DNA of 64,000 nucleotides, from NCBI GenBank assembly GCA_964016885.1, contig OZ024743.1, positions 174,840,001-174,904,000 on the forward strand, read 5' to 3'. Within the stretch, counting starts at the first letter, position 1. Every line of letters begins with the position of its first letter. The notes beneath the pieces are model-generated. The model made no database searches, was not told the DNA's origin, and was given only the letters and a program-made list of their open reading frames with translations. The translations under genes were made by a program, and so were the position numbers. Shown here one piece after another: positions 59,184 to 64,000 of this stretch. The stretch comes from Eledone cirrhosa. Lineage: Eukaryota.

Positions 59184-60572
59184 TTACATAGGATGTAGGT
59201 AGTCTTTGATATACTGTACCTTTTATATAGGATGTAGGTAGTCTTTGATATACTGTACCTGTTATATAGGATGTAGGTAGTCTTTGATATACTGTACCTG
59301 TTATATAGGATGTCGGTAGTCTTTGATATACTGTACCTGTTATATATGATGTAGGTAGTCTTTGATATACTGTACCTGTTACATAGGATGTAGGTAGTCT
59401 TTGATATACTGTACCTGTTACATGAGATGTAGGAAGTCTTTGATATACTGTACCTGTTATATAGGATGTAGGTAGTCTTTGATATACTGTACCTGTTATA
59501 TGGGATGTAGGTAGTCTTTGATATACTGTACCTGTTATATAGGATGTAGGTAGTGTTTGATATACTGTACCTGTTATATAGGATGTAGGTAGTCTTTGAT
59601 ATACTGTACCTGTTATATAGGATGTAGGTAGTCTTTGATATACTGTACCTGTTATATAGGATGTCGGTAGTCTTTGATATACTGTACCTGTTATATGACA
59701 TGTAGGAAGTCTTTGATATACTGTACCTGTTATATGACGTGTAGGAAGTCTTTGATATACTGTACCTGTTATATAGGATGTAGGTAGTCTTTGATATACT
59801 GTACCTGTTATATAGGATGTAGGTAGTCTTTGATATACTGTACCTGTTATATAGGATGTAGTCTTTGATATACTGTACCTGTTATATAAGATGTAGGTAG
59901 TCTTTGATATACTGTACCTGTTATATAGGATGTAGGTAGTCTTTGATATACTGTACCTTTTATATAGGATGTAGGTAGTCTTTGATATACTGTACCTGTT
60001 ATATAGGATGTAGGTAGTCTTTGATATACTGTACCTGTTATATAGGATGTCGGTAGTCTTTGATATACTGTACCTGTTATATATGATGTAGGTAGTCTTT
60101 GATATACTGTACCTGTTACATAGGATGTAGGTAGTCTTTGATATACTGTACCTGTTACATGAGATGTAGGAAGTCTTTGATATACTGTACCTGTTATATA
60201 GGATGTAGGTAGTCTTTGATATACTGTACCTGTTATATGGGATGTAGGTAGTCTTTGATATACTGTACCTGTTATATAGGATGTAGGTAGTGTTTGATAT
60301 ACTGTACCTGTTATATAGGATGTAGGTAGTCTTTGATATACTGTACCTGTTATATAGGATGTAGGTAGTCTTTGATATACTGTACCTGTTATATAGGATG
60401 TCGGTAGTCTTTGATATACTGTACCTGTTATATGACATGTAGGAAGTCTTTGATATACTGTACCTGTTATATGACGTGTAGGAAGTCTTTGATATACTGT
60501 ACCTGTTATATAGGATGTAGGTAGTCTTTGATATACTGTACCTGTTATATAGGATGTAGGTAGTCTTTGATA
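59184..60572 (+). repeat. 737-bp-offset (19-monomer) local duplication
   Basis: CCTTTT lies at 59221/59958 and the TGACATG/TGACGTG pair repeats (ORF starts 59701/60438). 19x39 - 4 = 737. Ends are approximate. Confidence 0.82.
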
Positions 60573-63500
60573 GACTGTACCTGTTATATAGGATGAAGGT
60601 AGTCTTTGATATACTGTACCTGTTATATATGATGTAGGTAGTCTTTGATATACTGTACTTGTTATATAGGATGTAGTCTTTGATATACTGTACCTGTTAT
60701 ATAGGATGTAGGTAGTCTTTGATATAGTGTAACTGTTATATAGGATGTAGATAGTCTTTGATGCACTGTACCTGTTATATGGGATGTAGTCTTTGATATA
60801 CTGTACCTGTTATATAGGATGTAGGTAGTCTTTGATATACTGTACCTGTTATATAGGATGTAGGTAGTCTTTGATATACTGTACCTGTTATATAGGATGT
60901 AGGTAGTCTTTGATATACTGTACCTGTTATGTAGGATGCAGGTAGTCTTTGATATACTGTACCTGTTATATAGGATGTAGGTAGTCTTTGATATACTGTA
61001 CCTGTTATATGGGATGTAGGTAGTCTTTGATGTACTGTACCTGTTATATAGGATGTAGGTAGTCTTTGATATACTGTACCTGTTATATAGGATGTAGGTA
61101 GTCTTTGATATACTGTACCTGTTATATAGGATGTAGTCTTTGATATACTGTACCTGTTATATAAGATGTAGGTAGTCTTTGATATACTGTACCTGTTATA
61201 TAGGATGTAGGTAGTCTTTGATATACTGTACCTGTTATATAGGATGTAGGTAGTCTTTGATATACTGTACCTGTTATATAGGATGTAGGTAGTCTTTGAT
61301 ATACTGTACCTGTTATATAGGATGTAGGTAGTCTTTGATATACTTTACCTGTCATATAGGATGTAGGTAGTCTTTGATATACTGTACCTGTTATATAGGA
61401 TGTAGGTTGTCTTTGATATACTGTACCTGTTATATAGGATGTAGGTAGTCTTTGATATACTGTACATGTTATATAGGATGTAGGTAGTCTTTGATATACT
61501 GTACCTGTTATATAGGATGTAGGTAGTCTTTGATATACTGTACCTGTTATATAGGATGTAGGTAGTCTTTGATATACTGTACCTGTTATATAGGATGTAG
61601 GTAGTCTTGGATATACTGTACCTGTTATATAGGATGTAGGTAGACTTTGATATACTATACCTGTTATATAGGATCTAGGTAGTCTTTGATATACTGTACC
61701 TGTTATATAGGATGTAGATAGTCTTTGATATACTGTACCTGTTATATAGCATGTAGGTAGTCTTTGATATACTGTACCTGTTACATAGGATGTAGGTAGT
61801 CTTTGATATACTGTAACTGTTATATAGGATGTAGTCTTTGATATACTGTACCTGTTATATAGGATGTAGGTAGTCTTTGATATACTGTACCTGTTATATA
61901 GGATGTAGTCTTTGATATACTGTACCTGTTATATAAGATGTAGGTAGTCTTTGATATAGTGTAACTGTTATATAGGATGTAGATAGTCTTTGATGCACTG
62001 TACCTGTTATATGGGATGTAGTCTTTGATATACTGTACCTGTTACATAGGATGGAGGTAGTCTTTGATATACTGTACCTGTTATATAGGATGTAGGTAGT
62101 CTTTGATATACTATAGCTGTTATATAGGATGTAGATAGTCTTTGATATACTGTACCTGTTATATAGGATGTAGTCTTTGATATACTGTACCTGTTATATA
62201 GGATGAAGGTAGTCTTTGATACACTGTACCTGTTATATAGGATGTAGATAGTCTTTGATATACTGTACCTGTTATATAGTAAGTAGTCTTTGACATAGTG
62301 TACCTGTTATATAGGATGTAGGTAGTCTTTGATATACTGTACCTGTTATATAGTATGTAGGTAGTCTTTGATATACTGTACCTGTTATATAGGATGTAGG
62401 TAGTCTTTGATATACTGTACATGTTATATAGGATGTAGGTAGTCTTTGATATACTGTACCTGTTATATGGGATGTAGGTAGTCTTTGATATACTGTACCT
62501 GTTATATAGGATGTAGGTAGTCTTTGATATACTGTACCTGTTACATAGGATGTAGGTAGTCTTTGATATACTGTACCTGTTATATAGGATGTATGTAGTT
62601 TTGATATACTGTACCTCTTATATAGGATGTAGGTAGTCTTTGATATACTGTACCTGTTATATAGGATGTAGGTAGTCTTTTATATACTGTACCTGTTATA
62701 TAGGATGTAGGTAGTCTTTGATATACTGTACCTGTTATATAGGATGTAGGTAGTCTTTGATATACTGTACCTGTTATATAGGATGTAGGTAGTCTTTGAT
62801 ATACTGTACCTGTTATGTAGGATGTAGGTAGTCTTTGATATACTGTACCTGTTATATAGGATGTAGGTAGTCTTTGATATACTGTACCTGTTATATAGGA
62901 TGTAGGTAGTCTTTGATGTACTGTACCTGTTATATAGGATGTAGGTTGTCTTTGATATACTGTACCTGTTATGTAGGATGTAGGTAGTCTTTGATATACT
63001 GTACCTGTTATATAGGATGTAGGTAGTCTTTGATATACTGTACGTGTTATATAAGATGTAGGTAGTCTTTGATATACTGTACCTGTTATATAGGATGTAG
63101 GTAGTCTTTGATATACTGTACCTGTTATATATGATGTAGGTATTCTTTGATAGACTGTACCTGTTATATAGGATGAAGGTAGTCTTTGATATACTGTACC
63201 TGTTATATAGGATGTAGGTAGTCTTTGATATACTGTACCTGTTATATAGGATGTAGGTAGTCTTTGATGTACTGTACCTGTTATATAGGATGTAGGTTGT
63301 CTTTGATATACTGTACCTGTTATACAGGATGTAGGTAGTCTTTGATATACTGTACCTGTTATATAGGATGTAGTCTTTGATATACTGTACCTGTTATATA
63401 AGATGTAGGTAGTCTTTGATATACTGTACCTGTTATATAGGATGTAGGTAGTCTTTGATATAATGTACCTGTTATATATGATGTAGGTATTCTTTGATAG

Positions 63501-64000
63501 ACTGTACCTGTTATATAGGATGAAGGTAGTCTTTGATATACTGTACCTGTTATATATGATGTAGGTAGTCTTTGATATACTGTACCTGTTATATAGGATG
63601 TAGGTAGTCTTTGATATACTGTACCTGTTATATAGGATGTCGGTAGTCTTTGATATACTGTACCTGTTATATAGTATGTAGGTAGTCTTTGATATACTGT
63701 ACCTGTTATATAGGATGAAGGTAGTCTTTGATATACTGTACCTGCTATATAGGATGTCGGTAGTCTTTGATATACTGTACCTGTTATATAGGATGTAGGT
63801 AGTCTTTGCTATACTCTACCTGTTATATATGATGTAGGTAGACTTTGATATACTGTACCTGTTATATAGGATGTATGTAGTCTTTGATATACTGTACCTG
63901 TTATATAGGATGTAGGTAGTCTTTGATATATTGTACCTGTTATATAGGATGTAGGTAGTCTTTGATATACTGTACCTGTTATATAGGATGTCGGTAGTCT

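Larger units (their letters stand above)
1..64000 (+). repeat. 39-bp satellite DNA tandem array (~1,650 head-to-tail monomers), running off both window ends
   Basis: Every line consists of GGATGTAGGTAGTCTTTGATATACTGTACCTGTTATATA or a variant with a few substitutions or a 1- or 4-bp deletion. All monomers have the same orientation, and I saw no foreign sequence. Confidence 0.99.

Noticed and set aside
1071-62422. Minus-strand ORFs of 77-630 aa made of (YNRYSISKTTYIL)n or (YITGTVYQRLPTS)n
   Set aside because: They are translations of the 39-bp monomer. Two overlapping frames are open at once, ORFs swap frame at 4-bp deletions, starts and stops come from variant monomers, and there is no unique domain or flanking gene context. 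All three + frames contain a stop in every consensus monomer. Not annotated as CDS.
1-64000. CRISPR array (the repeat length is in the CRISPR range)
   Set aside because: Monomers are directly head-to-tail with no unique spacers, leader or cas genes.
1-64000. Telomerase-synthesised telomeric repeat (G/T-rich strand)
   Set aside because: The 39-bp unit is longer than the telomerase repeats I know of (up to about 25-26 bp in budding yeasts) and has no GGG runs. Variants are inherited in kb-scale blocks, which indicates recombinational amplification rather than templated addition.
1-64000. Rolling-circle, concatemer or synthetic artefact
   Set aside because: Ordered compound variants, nested periods whose lengths match monomer arithmetic, and regional sub-haplotypes imply a real evolutionary history. 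Individual near-perfect duplications could still be misassembled.
1-64000. TATA-like (TTATATAG) and splice-like (AG|GTAG) motifs as promoters or introns
   Set aside because: They occur in every monomer as part of the repeat, and there is no independent evidence of function.
1-64000. Embedded transposon, inversion, tRNA/rRNA or G-quadruplex tract
   Set aside because: None was seen on reading through. No reverse-complement monomer (TATATAACAGGTACAG...) appears on the + strand, and G-runs are essentially only GG.

Overview
The whole 64-kb window is one uninterrupted, single-orientation satellite array of about 1,650 copies of a 39-bp monomer (consensus GGATGTAGGTAGTCTTTGATATACTGTACCTGTTATATA; 33% GC; 64% G+T on the + strand). 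I see no unique sequence, transposon, inversion, RNA gene or credible protein-coding gene. The minus-strand ORFs arise because 39 is a multiple of 3 and two minus frames lack stops. The real structure is a layered higher-order organisation, readable from diagnostic variant monomers (35-bp and 38-bp deletion forms, compound substitutions). It includes near-identical duplications with periods of 7,069 bp (183 monomers, 2 copies), 6,917 bp (178), 3,360 bp (87, about 2.9 copies), 3,225 bp (83), 1,921 bp (50), 1,092 bp (28), 737, 417, 351 and 347 bp, built by reshuffling a few shared modules. This is most consistent with a eukaryotic heterochromatic (centromeric, pericentromeric or subtelomeric) satellite under active amplification. 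I cannot assign the organism or a named family, and I found no firm evidence of a new gene system. All alignments were done by eye.
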